From: Candidatus Falkowbacteria bacterium
Lineage (GTDB): Bacteria > Patescibacteriota > Patescibacteriia > Patescibacteriales > GWE2-39-37
Direction: 5' to 3'
Assembly (NCBI GenBank): GCA_013336275.1
Contig: JAAXUA010000003.1
Span: 130,698-194,697, forward strand
DNA: 64,000 nucleotides
The notes under the pieces: model-generated
The model's database searches: none
What the model was told of the DNA's origin: nothing
Seen by the model: the letters and a program-made list of their open reading frames with translations, nothing else
Shown: piece by piece, positions 44,116 to 51,911 of the stretch
Layout of the letters: every line of letters starts with the position of its first letter
Numbering within the stretch: position 1 is the first letter of the stretch
Made by a program: the position numbers and the translations under genes

Positions 44116-47100
44116 ATGTTTCTAAAAGACCAAGAAGTACAACAGGTTTCGGGGGTGACACCGCAAGAAAGCGTTGCCAAGACCCCTAATTTTAAAAAAA
44201 TCATCGTTGCAGCGCTCGCGTGTCTGGTTGTTGCCGGCGCCGGATTGGCGGCCTTCAGTTTTTTGAGTTCGCAAAATGACGCGACTGGAAAGCTCAAGCT
44301 GTCATTGTCGGTTAAAGGGGCTGACCTTAACGGCATTGAAAAGGGCGCGGCCTTTATCCTGTCTTCAAACAAGAAATTATCCGCAGGAGAAATCGAAAAG
44401 AATTTGAAATTCGACCCGCAGGTAAAATTCGAAGCAAAAGAAAAGAAGTCTTTGCTTACGTCATTGGTGAATAGCGTTCTGGCTGCCAGCCAAGGCGGCG
44501 CATTCAATAATGAGTATGAGCTTACGCCCAAGGAAGAATTATCGGATGGGGTGATATATAAGATTCAGACCGCCACCGGCACCGAGATGCAGCTTGATCA
44601 TGATTATTCTTGGGCCTTCAATGTCAAAGAGGATTTCGATATCGATGAATCATTGCCGAACAATGAGGCGACCGGGGTGCCGGTCAACACGGGAATCGAG
44701 GTGACGATGAACCGGTTGGATATCGGTAGTGACGCCGGAAAATATTTCGCCATCGAGCCGAGCATCAAGGGTCGATTCGAGGTTGGAATAAACAAGATCA
44801 CTTTCGTGCCCGAGGGCGACTTGAAAGAAAAAACGTTGTACAAGGTCACGATAAAGAAGGGCTATCAGGCTGGCGAGAAAAATGAAGAGCTCATGGAGGA
44901 TAAGTCATTTTCTTTTGAGACCGCCACTGGCGATTCTGGCGCATACGCGCCGAGTATGTCATGGGGCAATGATTATTTTGAACTATCGACTGATAAGGAA
45001 GGATTTTTGGAGGCAAGCGGCGACGCCACCACATCGGAGGCAGTGTTTAGCCGATACGCCGATACAGCAGGATTTTTAAAAGATTTTTATGATTATCGCG
45101 ACCGCATGTATGGCTGGTCGAACTTCAATAAGGAGCCCTTCAAGCCTGGCTCCGGAGTGCAAGAGGTCGCCAAGTTCAGGCCGGAGTTGCTGAAGCGCGC
45201 TGAGGGTGACAGCTATGGATTGATCAAGCTGCCACGTAAATTGGACGCCGGTTTTTATGTGGCCAAGCTGTCAGTCGGAGATGATACGGATTACGCTTTC
45301 ATCAGGGTTTCTCCATTGGCGTACTATTATTCGGAAATCAACGGTGATGGTCTCATTTGGGCATATGATTTTGCCAATAAAAAACCTTTTGCCAGCGTCA
45401 GGGTGAGTTTGCTTGATAAGGCAGGAACCGAGAAGCAGCTGGGGCAGACTGATAATGACGGCCTGCTAAAGTTTGATTCCAGCTCGGATAAGGATGATAA
45501 TTCCGGCACGACCTTGCTCTTCAAGGGGGAAGGTGTTGGCGAAACAGTTGCTCCCGATGCCGGGCGCATCATGCAGAAGCGTCGCAACTATTTTCAGGGT
45601 TATCTTAATACTGATCGTTACGCATATCGCCTGACGGACACGGTTCATTTTTGGGGAGTGGTCAAAGGCAGGAGCTTCGACTTGAGGCAGAAGAAAGTCA
45701 AAGTCCGTTTGGATGACTATATTGAAAAAGAGGTCATGGTTTCGCCATTCGACACGATCGAGGGGCAGCTTGATTTCGCCGGACTTCCTTCGGGGTACCA
45801 CAATCTTGTTGTCAGCTATGACGACGAGACGATTACCCAATCCGGAATCGAGGTCTTTTCTTTTGAAAAGCCGCTTTACAAGATAGAGGTTGTGCCAGAA
45901 AAGAGCTTTTCTGTGACGGATGTCCCGGTTAAGGCCAAAGTGAAGGTTAATTTTTTCGATGGCACACCGGTCAAAAACATGGATTTGAATTATTCCATTT
46001 ATTGGCGCGGTGATAATAATGGAACCGTCAGGACCAATGATCAAGGAGAAGCCGAACTCTCCTACACCCCCGGTTATTATTTTGAAGAGACTAGCGACCA
46101 ATATTCCGATTCTTGGACGACTTATCCCAACAGTCTGAGATTCTCGGTCAAGCCGCAATTGCCGGAGGAGGGCGAGATTTGGGGAGAGGCTTATGTCAGT
46201 ATTTATGCCCCCAAGGTCTATCTGCAATCCGAGGCTTCAGAAAAAGGCAACGCCTTGGTGTTCAAGAGCAAGGCTAACGACCTGGAGCTGGCAACGAGCT
46301 CTGAGGAAAACATGATCGGCAGGCCGGCCGTCGGAATCAAGGTTTTGGCCAAAGTTGTCCGGTATTATTATGAAGAAAGACCAGACGGGGAATATTATGA
46401 CCCGATCGAGAAAGTTAAAATCAAGAAGTTTGTTTATGAATTAAAGAAGGAGACAGTCAAGGAGGCCGAGGGCACGAGCGATCAGAAGGGCGAGTGGTCG
46501 GTGGAGGTAGACAAGAAAGAAATAAAGAAATTCGGCTACCTTAAAACCATCTTTTCGACCCAGGATAGCAACGGTAAAAAAGTGATGAGCTCCGCCCAGT
46601 CTTATAACTACTATCCGAACGATAACAGCGCATTGAATCTGGAAAATGCCGACCTCGAAAAGACCCCAGGCATTTCCTACAAAATCGGTGATAAGGTTAA
46701 TTTGCGGGTGGTCATGACTGGCACCAAAAAGCCGGTCGATGACCGGACTTTAATTATCAGCTTCCAGGAACGGTTGCGAGACGCGAAGCTGGTCAGCAAG
46801 CCGGAATTCAGCGAGGATTTTTCCGCGGAGCACCTACCTTCAATGACGTATATGGCCGTCAAGATGATGCCGAGCGGCTTCATTGAAAGTTATTATATTA
46901 CGGCGTCGTATAAGGACGAGGAGAATAAGCTGTCTGTCGAAATCGCACCCAACAAGGAAAGGTACAAGCCCCGCGAAGACATCAATCTTGATATCACGAT
47001 AAAGAATAAATCAGACCAAGGCGTCAAGGCAGTGGCCAACGTTGCGGCCGTCGATGAATCGCTATTCAGTGTGACGCCTTGGGGCTATGGCGGAGAGATT

Positions 47101-49518
47101 TTGAGCTCATTATATTCAGACATCATGGCTTATCCCAACTCCTTGTCCACTCGCTATGTTATCGATTATCGGAACGGCGCGGAGAAGGGTGGTTGTTTCG
47201 TCGCTGGCACGGAAATCAACCTCGCCGATGGTACGAAGAAGAAAATAGAGGAGCTGCGAGTCGGCGATGAAGTGTCGACTTTCGAAAAAGATAATTCTCC
47301 TACCAGAGCCAAGAGCGTGATCCAGGGCATATCATCACATTTGGTTGATGGCTACCTCGTGATCAACGGTCAGCTGAAAGTTACGCCTGAACACAAGATC
47401 ATGGTCAGCGGAGAATGGAAAATGGCCGGTGCCGCCAGGGTGGGAGATCTCTTGGCCAATGATCAGGGTGAGTCTGAGAAAATCAGCGAAATAAGATATG
47501 TCGGATCCAGGAATGCCAGGGTTTATAATATTATCGTCGGACGATACCACACCTATTTCGCTCAGGGTTATTATGTCCATAATGCCGAAAAGGGCGGCGG
47601 CGGGGATGTCAGGAATTTTTTCGAGGACACGCCGCTGTATAAGCAGATAGAGTCGGATGACAATGGCCAGCTCAAAGCCTCGTTCAGGGTACCGGACAAT
47701 CTGACTAGCTGGAGAGTTTCTGTTAACGCCTATAGTCCGGAAAGCTTTAGCGCTGGCAGCCAAGACAAGCTCATTCCTGTTGGATTACCGCTGTTTGCCG
47801 ATGCCGTGGCGGCCAGAAAGTATCTGACGGGCGACTCGCCCATCATTAAAGTCAGAGCTTTCGGCACCGAGTATAAGAAAAATGAGCCGATTGAGTTCAG
47901 CGTGACGAGCGATAGCTTGAAATTGCAATTCGCGACCACGACCAGCTTGAACGAAGTGGCGGTGAGTCTTGGCCGTCTGCCCAAGGGAAGACATAGCCTG
48001 ATTCTCCGGGTCAAGCAGGGAGAGCTCAAGGATGCTTTGGAAAAGAAATTCGAAGTCATAGATAATTATTTCAAGGAATTGAAGACCGATAGCCGGCTGA
48101 TTACCGATGGCCAGGCCGGGCTTAAGGGGAATAGCGGCAGTTTCACTGACATTGTTTTCGTCGATGAAGGCAAAGGCAAATTCTTCGAAAGGCTTTTGGG
48201 ACTCAACTGGCAATCAAGCGTACGTTCCGACATTCAATCGGCATCATATCTGGCGGCCAAGACTTTGGATGAATATTTCTATGGAGGTGAAAAAAAATTC
48301 AGCCAAGAGATCAGCTTAGCCGGTTATCAGTCCCGTGAAAACGGGTCAGGTCCGCTGGCAGTTTTCCCCTACAGCAAGCCTAATCTGGCCTTGACCGCGG
48401 AGATCGCTGATGCCATGCCGGAATCATTCGACAATTCATGGGCGATAAACGGCCTAGAAGCGCGATTACGCGAGCAGAAGCTTGATGATAAAGAGACGGC
48501 TCAAGCGCTTTGGGCGCTAGCGGCCCTGGATAGGCCGCAGCTGCCGCTGATTAACTACCTTAAGGATAGTGCCAGCACCTCGCTGGAAGCCAAGGTTTAT
48601 CTGGCCTTGGCCCTGAGCCGAGTGGGCGACGTTGAAGGTGCCCGCGCCTTGTATTTTGATCAGCTGCTTCCGCAGACGAAAGCTGACGGAGGACAAGCGC
48701 ATTTAGAGGTTTCTGCCGTCAAAGAGAAGAACGTCAAAGTTACCGCGATCTTCGGCGTTCTGGTATCGCGCATGGAAGCTGGTATGGACGGCAATAATCT
48801 GAAGTCGATCATGAACTACCTCTCAGCCAATCAGCCTAAAGATGACACGATAACGCTCGAGGAGGCCATGATCACGAGAAGTGAGATCGCTAAGGCCGAT
48901 CAATCTGACAGCTCCCTCGATTTCCGGACGTCAGACCGTAACGGTAAGATTGATTTGAGCAAGGGGCAGTCGTTCCAGCTGACTATTTCCGAACAAGAGA
49001 TGCAAACATTGTCTTTTAGCAATATCAAAGGATCGGCCAGAGCGATCAGTTATTACGAGGATTATGCTGACCCGGCCAAAATGACGACCAGCAAGTCGGT
49101 CAGCGTTGAGCGGCAGTACTTGGTCAATGGCAAAGAGGCGACCGAGTTCAATGAAGGTGATCTTATCACGATCCGCTTGACGCCTCGTCTTTCGGCCGAA
49201 GCTCCCGACGATTCCTATCAGCTGGTTGAGTATCTGCCGTCAGTATTCAAACCCATCGTCCGCGATTATAGCCCGGACATGCAGACCGGCAGCAATTGCG
49301 ATCCGATCTGGTATCCGGTAAGGACGACCGACGAGGCCGTATATTTCAGCATCGGCAAATGGTTCCAGTCGTCGAATGTTTGCCAGCAACGGACAATCAA
49401 TTTCCGCGCCAGGGCTATCGGCAAAGGAAGCTTCAAAGCGCAGCCAGCAGCGATACAGTCTTTGAATGATGTGGGCATAATGAACTTGTCGAAAGAGAGG
49501 ACCGTTATAGTCAAGTAA
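44116..49518 (+). CDS. signal-anchored alpha-2-macroglobulin-family protein (MG-domain array, no CxEQ thioester) with an embedded Hint domain
   Basis: 1800 aa. N-terminal KK + TM anchor. MG-type motifs (DRYAYRLTDTVHFWGVVKG; VANVAAVDESLFSV). A2M-domain hallmark RNFFEDTPLY...FRVPDNLTSWRVSVNAYS. Helical TED-like region without C-x-E-Q, and only 4 Cys in total. C-terminal VRTTDEAVYF...RARAIGKGSFKAQPA resembles the bacterial A2M end domain. Confidence 0.8.
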   Translation: MFLKDQEVQQVSGVTPQESVAKTPNFKKIIVAALACLVVAGAGLAAFSFLSSQNDATGKLKLSLSVKGADLNGIEKGAAFILSSNKKLSAGEIEKNLKFDPQVKFEAKEKKSLLTSLVNSVLAASQGGAFNNEYELTPKEELSDGVIYKIQTATGTEMQLDHDYSWAFNVKEDFDIDESLPNNEATGVPVNTGIEVTMNRLDIGSDAGKYFAIEPSIKGRFEVGINKITFVPEGDLKEKTLYKVTIKKGYQAGEKNEELMEDKSFSFETATGDSGAYAPSMSWGNDYFELSTDKEGFLEASGDATTSEAVFSRYADTAGFLKDFYDYRDRMYGWSNFNKEPFKPGSGVQEVAKFRPELLKRAEGDSYGLIKLPRKLDAGFYVAKLSVGDDTDYAFIRVSPLAYYYSEINGDGLIWAYDFANKKPFASVRVSLLDKAGTEKQLGQTDNDGLLKFDSSSDKDDNSGTTLLFKGEGVGETVAPDAGRIMQKRRNYFQGYLNTDRYAYRLTDTVHFWGVVKGRSFDLRQKKVKVRLDDYIEKEVMVSPFDTIEGQLDFAGLPSGYHNLVVSYDDETITQSGIEVFSFEKPLYKIEVVPEKSFSVTDVPVKAKVKVNFFDGTPVKNMDLNYSIYWRGDNNGTVRTNDQGEAELSYTPGYYFEETSDQYSDSWTTYPNSLRFSVKPQLPEEGEIWGEAYVSIYAPKVYLQSEASEKGNALVFKSKANDLELATSSEENMIGRPAVGIKVLAKVVRYYYEERPDGEYYDPIEKVKIKKFVYELKKETVKEAEGTSDQKGEWSVEVDKKEIKKFGYLKTIFSTQDSNGKKVMSSAQSYNYYPNDNSALNLENADLEKTPGISYKIGDKVNLRVVMTGTKKPVDDRTLIISFQERLRDAKLVSKPEFSEDFSAEHLPSMTYMAVKMMPSGFIESYYITASYKDEENKLSVEIAPNKERYKPREDINLDITIKNKSDQGVKAVANVAAVDESLFSVTPWGYGGEILSSLYSDIMAYPNSLSTRYVIDYRNGAEKGGCFVAGTEINLADGTKKKIEELRVGDEVSTFEKDNSPTRAKSVIQGISSHLVDGYLVINGQLKVTPEHKIMVSGEWKMAGAARVGDLLANDQGESEKISEIRYVGSRNARVYNIIVGRYHTYFAQGYYVHNAEKGGGGDVRNFFEDTPLYKQIESDDNGQLKASFRVPDNLTSWRVSVNAYSPESFSAGSQDKLIPVGLPLFADAVAARKYLTGDSPIIKVRAFGTEYKKNEPIEFSVTSDSLKLQFATTTSLNEVAVSLGRLPKGRHSLILRVKQGELKDALEKKFEVIDNYFKELKTDSRLITDGQAGLKGNSGSFTDIVFVDEGKGKFFERLLGLNWQSSVRSDIQSASYLAAKTLDEYFYGGEKKFSQEISLAGYQSRENGSGPLAVFPYSKPNLALTAEIADAMPESFDNSWAINGLEARLREQKLDDKETAQALWALAALDRPQLPLINYLKDSASTSLEAKVYLALALSRVGDVEGARALYFDQLLPQTKADGGQAHLEVSAVKEKNVKVTAIFGVLVSRMEAGMDGNNLKSIMNYLSANQPKDDTITLEEAMITRSEIAKADQSDSSLDFRTSDRNGKIDLSKGQSFQLTISEQEMQTLSFSNIKGSARAISYYEDYADPAKMTTSKSVSVERQYLVNGKEATEFNEGDLITIRLTPRLSAEAPDDSYQLVEYLPSVFKPIVRDYSPDMQTGSNCDPIWYPVRTTDEAVYFSIGKWFQSSNVCQQRTINFRARAIGKGSFKAQPAAIQSLNDVGIMNLSKERTVIVK
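47194..47583 (+). other. Hint / bacterial intein-like (BIL) domain, residues 1027-1156 of the A2M-like ORF
   Basis: CFVAGTEINLADG (Cys1, block A), LKVTPEHKIMV (T-x-x-H, block B), VYNIIVGRYHTYFAQG (block F), YYVHN (block G). The +1 residue is Ala. AEKGG flanks both junctions. Confidence 0.8.
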
Positions 49519-50340
49519 ATGAGTATCAAGAAAATTGCGCTACTGTCTCTGGTTTTTATTCTTGCCGCCGAGCCTAGCTTCGCTGGCGCCAGTTTATCTT
49601 ACGAATACAGGGAGTACAAAAGTTTGGTCGGACGGCAGAAGAACACCGGCTACAGCCTCCGCACTAAGACACCTTTTATCGGCGTTGTTTCCCACCACTT
49701 GCCTACGGCCTCCCCTTTAATAGATAATTTTTACTATCAGCTCAGAAAGGGGCGCCCCAACATCAAAACTTTCGTCGTAATCGGCCCGGATCATTCTGAG
49801 CGGTGCCGGCAGAAATTTAGCGTCAGTGATTCCAACGTTTCCACCATGTATGGCGAGTTGCAGTCTGATAAGCGAGTCTTTCAGGCCCTGCTGTCGGCAG
49901 GAGCAAAAAGCGAAGCGGGGTGTTTCGAGGGCGAACATTCAATCGGAATCCAAGCTAACTACATCCGCAAATTTTTTCCGACAGCGAAAATCGTGCCGAT
50001 CCTGTTATCATACTCAGCCAAGCAGCGTGATTTTGAGATATTGATAGAGACATTAAAAAAAAATCGGGCCGACATTTTCGTCTTGGCCAGCGTTGACTTC
50101 AGCCACTATCTAGAGGCAAGGCAGGCAGATGCAGTCGATGCAGTCAGCCGGAAGATGATCAACGCTCTTGATGGCTCATCTTTTACTCTGAAGCAGATCG
50201 ACTCGCCAGCAACAATCAAGATAATCTTGGGGCTGGCTAAAAAGCTCCAATTAAAGCCGGAAATTATCGAACATAGGAACTCGTTTGATTATAACGGCGC
50301 GTACAAGAATACGACCAGCTATTTTTCGATTTTGTTCTAA
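49519..50340 (+). CDS. Memo/LigB-like (AmmeMemoRadiSam-B family-like) protein with Sec signal peptide
   Basis: Signal MSIKKIALLSLVFILAAEPSFA. The motif order VVSHH..., VVIGPDHSE, GEHSIGIQANYIRKFFP, IVPILLS, SVDFSHY mirrors the Memo-family His-containing motifs. The ATG abuts the A2M stop (TAAATG). Confidence 0.55.
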   Translation: MSIKKIALLSLVFILAAEPSFAGASLSYEYREYKSLVGRQKNTGYSLRTKTPFIGVVSHHLPTASPLIDNFYYQLRKGRPNIKTFVVIGPDHSERCRQKFSVSDSNVSTMYGELQSDKRVFQALLSAGAKSEAGCFEGEHSIGIQANYIRKFFPTAKIVPILLSYSAKQRDFEILIETLKKNRADIFVLASVDFSHYLEARQADAVDAVSRKMINALDGSSFTLKQIDSPATIKIILGLAKKLQLKPEIIEHRNSFDYNGAYKNTTSYFSILF

Positions 50341-50415
50341 AGCCGCTGGCTCGGGGTCTTTTATAGACAAATTTAAATTTGTTCGCTATTATTACGTCAT
50401 AATACTAAACTGATT

Positions 50416-50976
50416 ATGAAAAGAACTTGGCGTAGGCCGCAAAAAAAGGATGAAGGGAAGCTATTTCGGGCGAATCAGCAGATTCGCGCTTTTGAATTGA
50501 TGGTAATCGATGAAAATGGCGAAAATTTAGGAAAAATGGACACTCGCGATGCTTTGCGCTTAGCCGAGGAAGCTGGCTTGGATTTGGTTGAGGTGAATCC
50601 TCTGGCCAACCCGCCGATTGCTAAGATTTTGGATTATGGACAATTCAAATATGAGAAAGAAAAGCAGGCCCATAAGAAAAAAGTCCAGCAGAAAAAGGTT
50701 GAAATCAAAGGCATCCGCCTAACAGTACGTATCAGTCAGAATGATTTTAATTTCAAACTGGAGCAGGCTAAGGGATTTTTGGAAAAAGGGAATAAGCTTA
50801 AGATTGAATTGATGTTGCGTGGCCGGGAAAGACAGCACCCAGAAAAGGCGGTCGAGAATATTCAGAACTTTATTGTCGAATTGGAAAAAGACGAGAGGTT
50901 TAAGCTGGTGCGGGAGCAGGACTTGACAAGAAAAGGTTCTGGGTTTATTATAATACTGTTTAATAAGACCGTTTAG
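50416..50976 (+). CDS. infC: translation initiation factor IF-3
   Basis: ANQQIRAFELMVIDENGENLG...LDLVEVNP...PPIAKILDYGQFKYEKEK...KGIRL...; followed by rpmI-rplT. Confidence 0.9.
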   Translation: MKRTWRRPQKKDEGKLFRANQQIRAFELMVIDENGENLGKMDTRDALRLAEEAGLDLVEVNPLANPPIAKILDYGQFKYEKEKQAHKKKVQQKKVEIKGIRLTVRISQNDFNFKLEQAKGFLEKGNKLKIELMLRGRERQHPEKAVENIQNFIVELEKDERFKLVREQDLTRKGSGFIIILFNKTV

Positions 50977-51037
50977 GTATTGTCTAAACCAGGGTATAGT
51001 CCTGTTTTTTTATTTAAAAAAAGCCAAAATAGTTTGT

Positions 51038-51232
51038 ATGCCGAAGATTAAGACCCACAAAGCAACTGCAAAGCGCTTTACAATCACTAAAACTAGCAAA
51101 ATTATCCACCGTAAGCCTGGCCAGGATCACTACAATGCCAGAGAAAACGGTTCAACGGGCACCAAGAAGAAGCGCGACATCAACGCTAACCCGGCTTATG
51201 TCAAGACGATTCACGCCTTGACGCAGAAATAG
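51038..51232 (+). CDS. rpmI: 50S ribosomal protein L35
   Basis: MPKIKTHKATAKRFTITKTSKIIHRKPGQDH. Confidence 0.9.
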   Translation: MPKIKTHKATAKRFTITKTSKIIHRKPGQDHYNARENGSTGTKKKRDINANPAYVKTIHALTQK

Positions 51233-51282
51233 TCTAGTATTGTCTAATATTAGTATTTATTATTTAGAAATTTTTTACCGAT

Positions 51283-51630
51283 ATGCCAAGAGTTAAACGA
51301 GGAACTACACACATCAAGAAACGCCGAAAACTGTTAGCCAAGACTAAGGGCTACATGTGGGGTCGCAAGAACCTTATTAAGGCTGCAAAAACCGCCGTAC
51401 TTAAGGCTGGTGTTCATGCCTTTGTCGATCGCCGCAAAAAGAAACGCGTTAACCGCGGACTTTGGCAGATCAAGATCAGCGCTTTTGTCAAAGAGCATGG
51501 CGTAAGCTATTCTCGCTTCATCGATGCTCTTAAGAAGAGCCAGGTAGAATTGGACAGGAAGGTTTTGGCCGATTTGGCTGTAAGCAACAAAGAAGTTTTG
51601 GCCAAAATTTTAGCTGAGGTCAAAAAGTAA
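51283..51630 (+). CDS. rplT: 50S ribosomal protein L20
   Basis: MPRVKRGTTHIKKRRKLLAKTKGY...RRKKKRVNRGLWQIKISA. Confidence 0.95.
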   Translation: MPRVKRGTTHIKKRRKLLAKTKGYMWGRKNLIKAAKTAVLKAGVHAFVDRRKKKRVNRGLWQIKISAFVKEHGVSYSRFIDALKKSQVELDRKVLADLAVSNKEVLAKILAEVKK

Positions 51631-51666
51631 TTTTGACAAACAGTTTAAAAAATGCTATAGTTTATT

Positions 51667-51894
51667 ATGAATTTGATCAGACTTATCCAAATAGCTCAGA
51701 TTGTCCTTGCCGTCTTATTGATGGTGGCAATCCTGCTTCAAAGTCGCGGTACCGGCTTGTCAGGCATTTTTGGTGGCGCTAGCAGCATTTACCGCACTAA
51801 GCGTGGCATAGAAAAAACTCTATTTTATTCTACTATCGTTTTAGCGGTTCTATTTTTCGGAACCGCACTTGCCACTCTTTTCTTGAAAAAATAA
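51667..51894 (+). CDS. secG: preprotein translocase subunit SecG
   Basis: 75 aa, two TM; LLQSRGTGLSGIFGG motif. Confidence 0.8.
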   Translation: MNLIRLIQIAQIVLAVLLMVAILLQSRGTGLSGIFGGASSIYRTKRGIEKTLFYSTIVLAVLFFGTALATLFLKK

Positions 51895-51911
51895 CTTATT
51901 TTATTTAAGTT

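Noticed and set aside
45466-46227. 253-aa minus-strand ORF inside the A2M-like gene
   Set aside because: It is antisense to a well-supported MG-domain coding region, has no recognisable motifs and has no RBS. I treat it as a shadow ORF. The same applies to 47335-47763, 47785-48213 and 44088-44531.
47194-47583. Interpretation as a canonical, homing, splicing intein
   Set aside because: The +1 residue is Ala rather than Cys/Ser/Thr, there is no homing-endonuclease domain, and the host is a secreted A2M-like protein rather than a conserved enzyme active site. A BIL/Hint autoprocessing domain fits better. The Hint call itself is kept.
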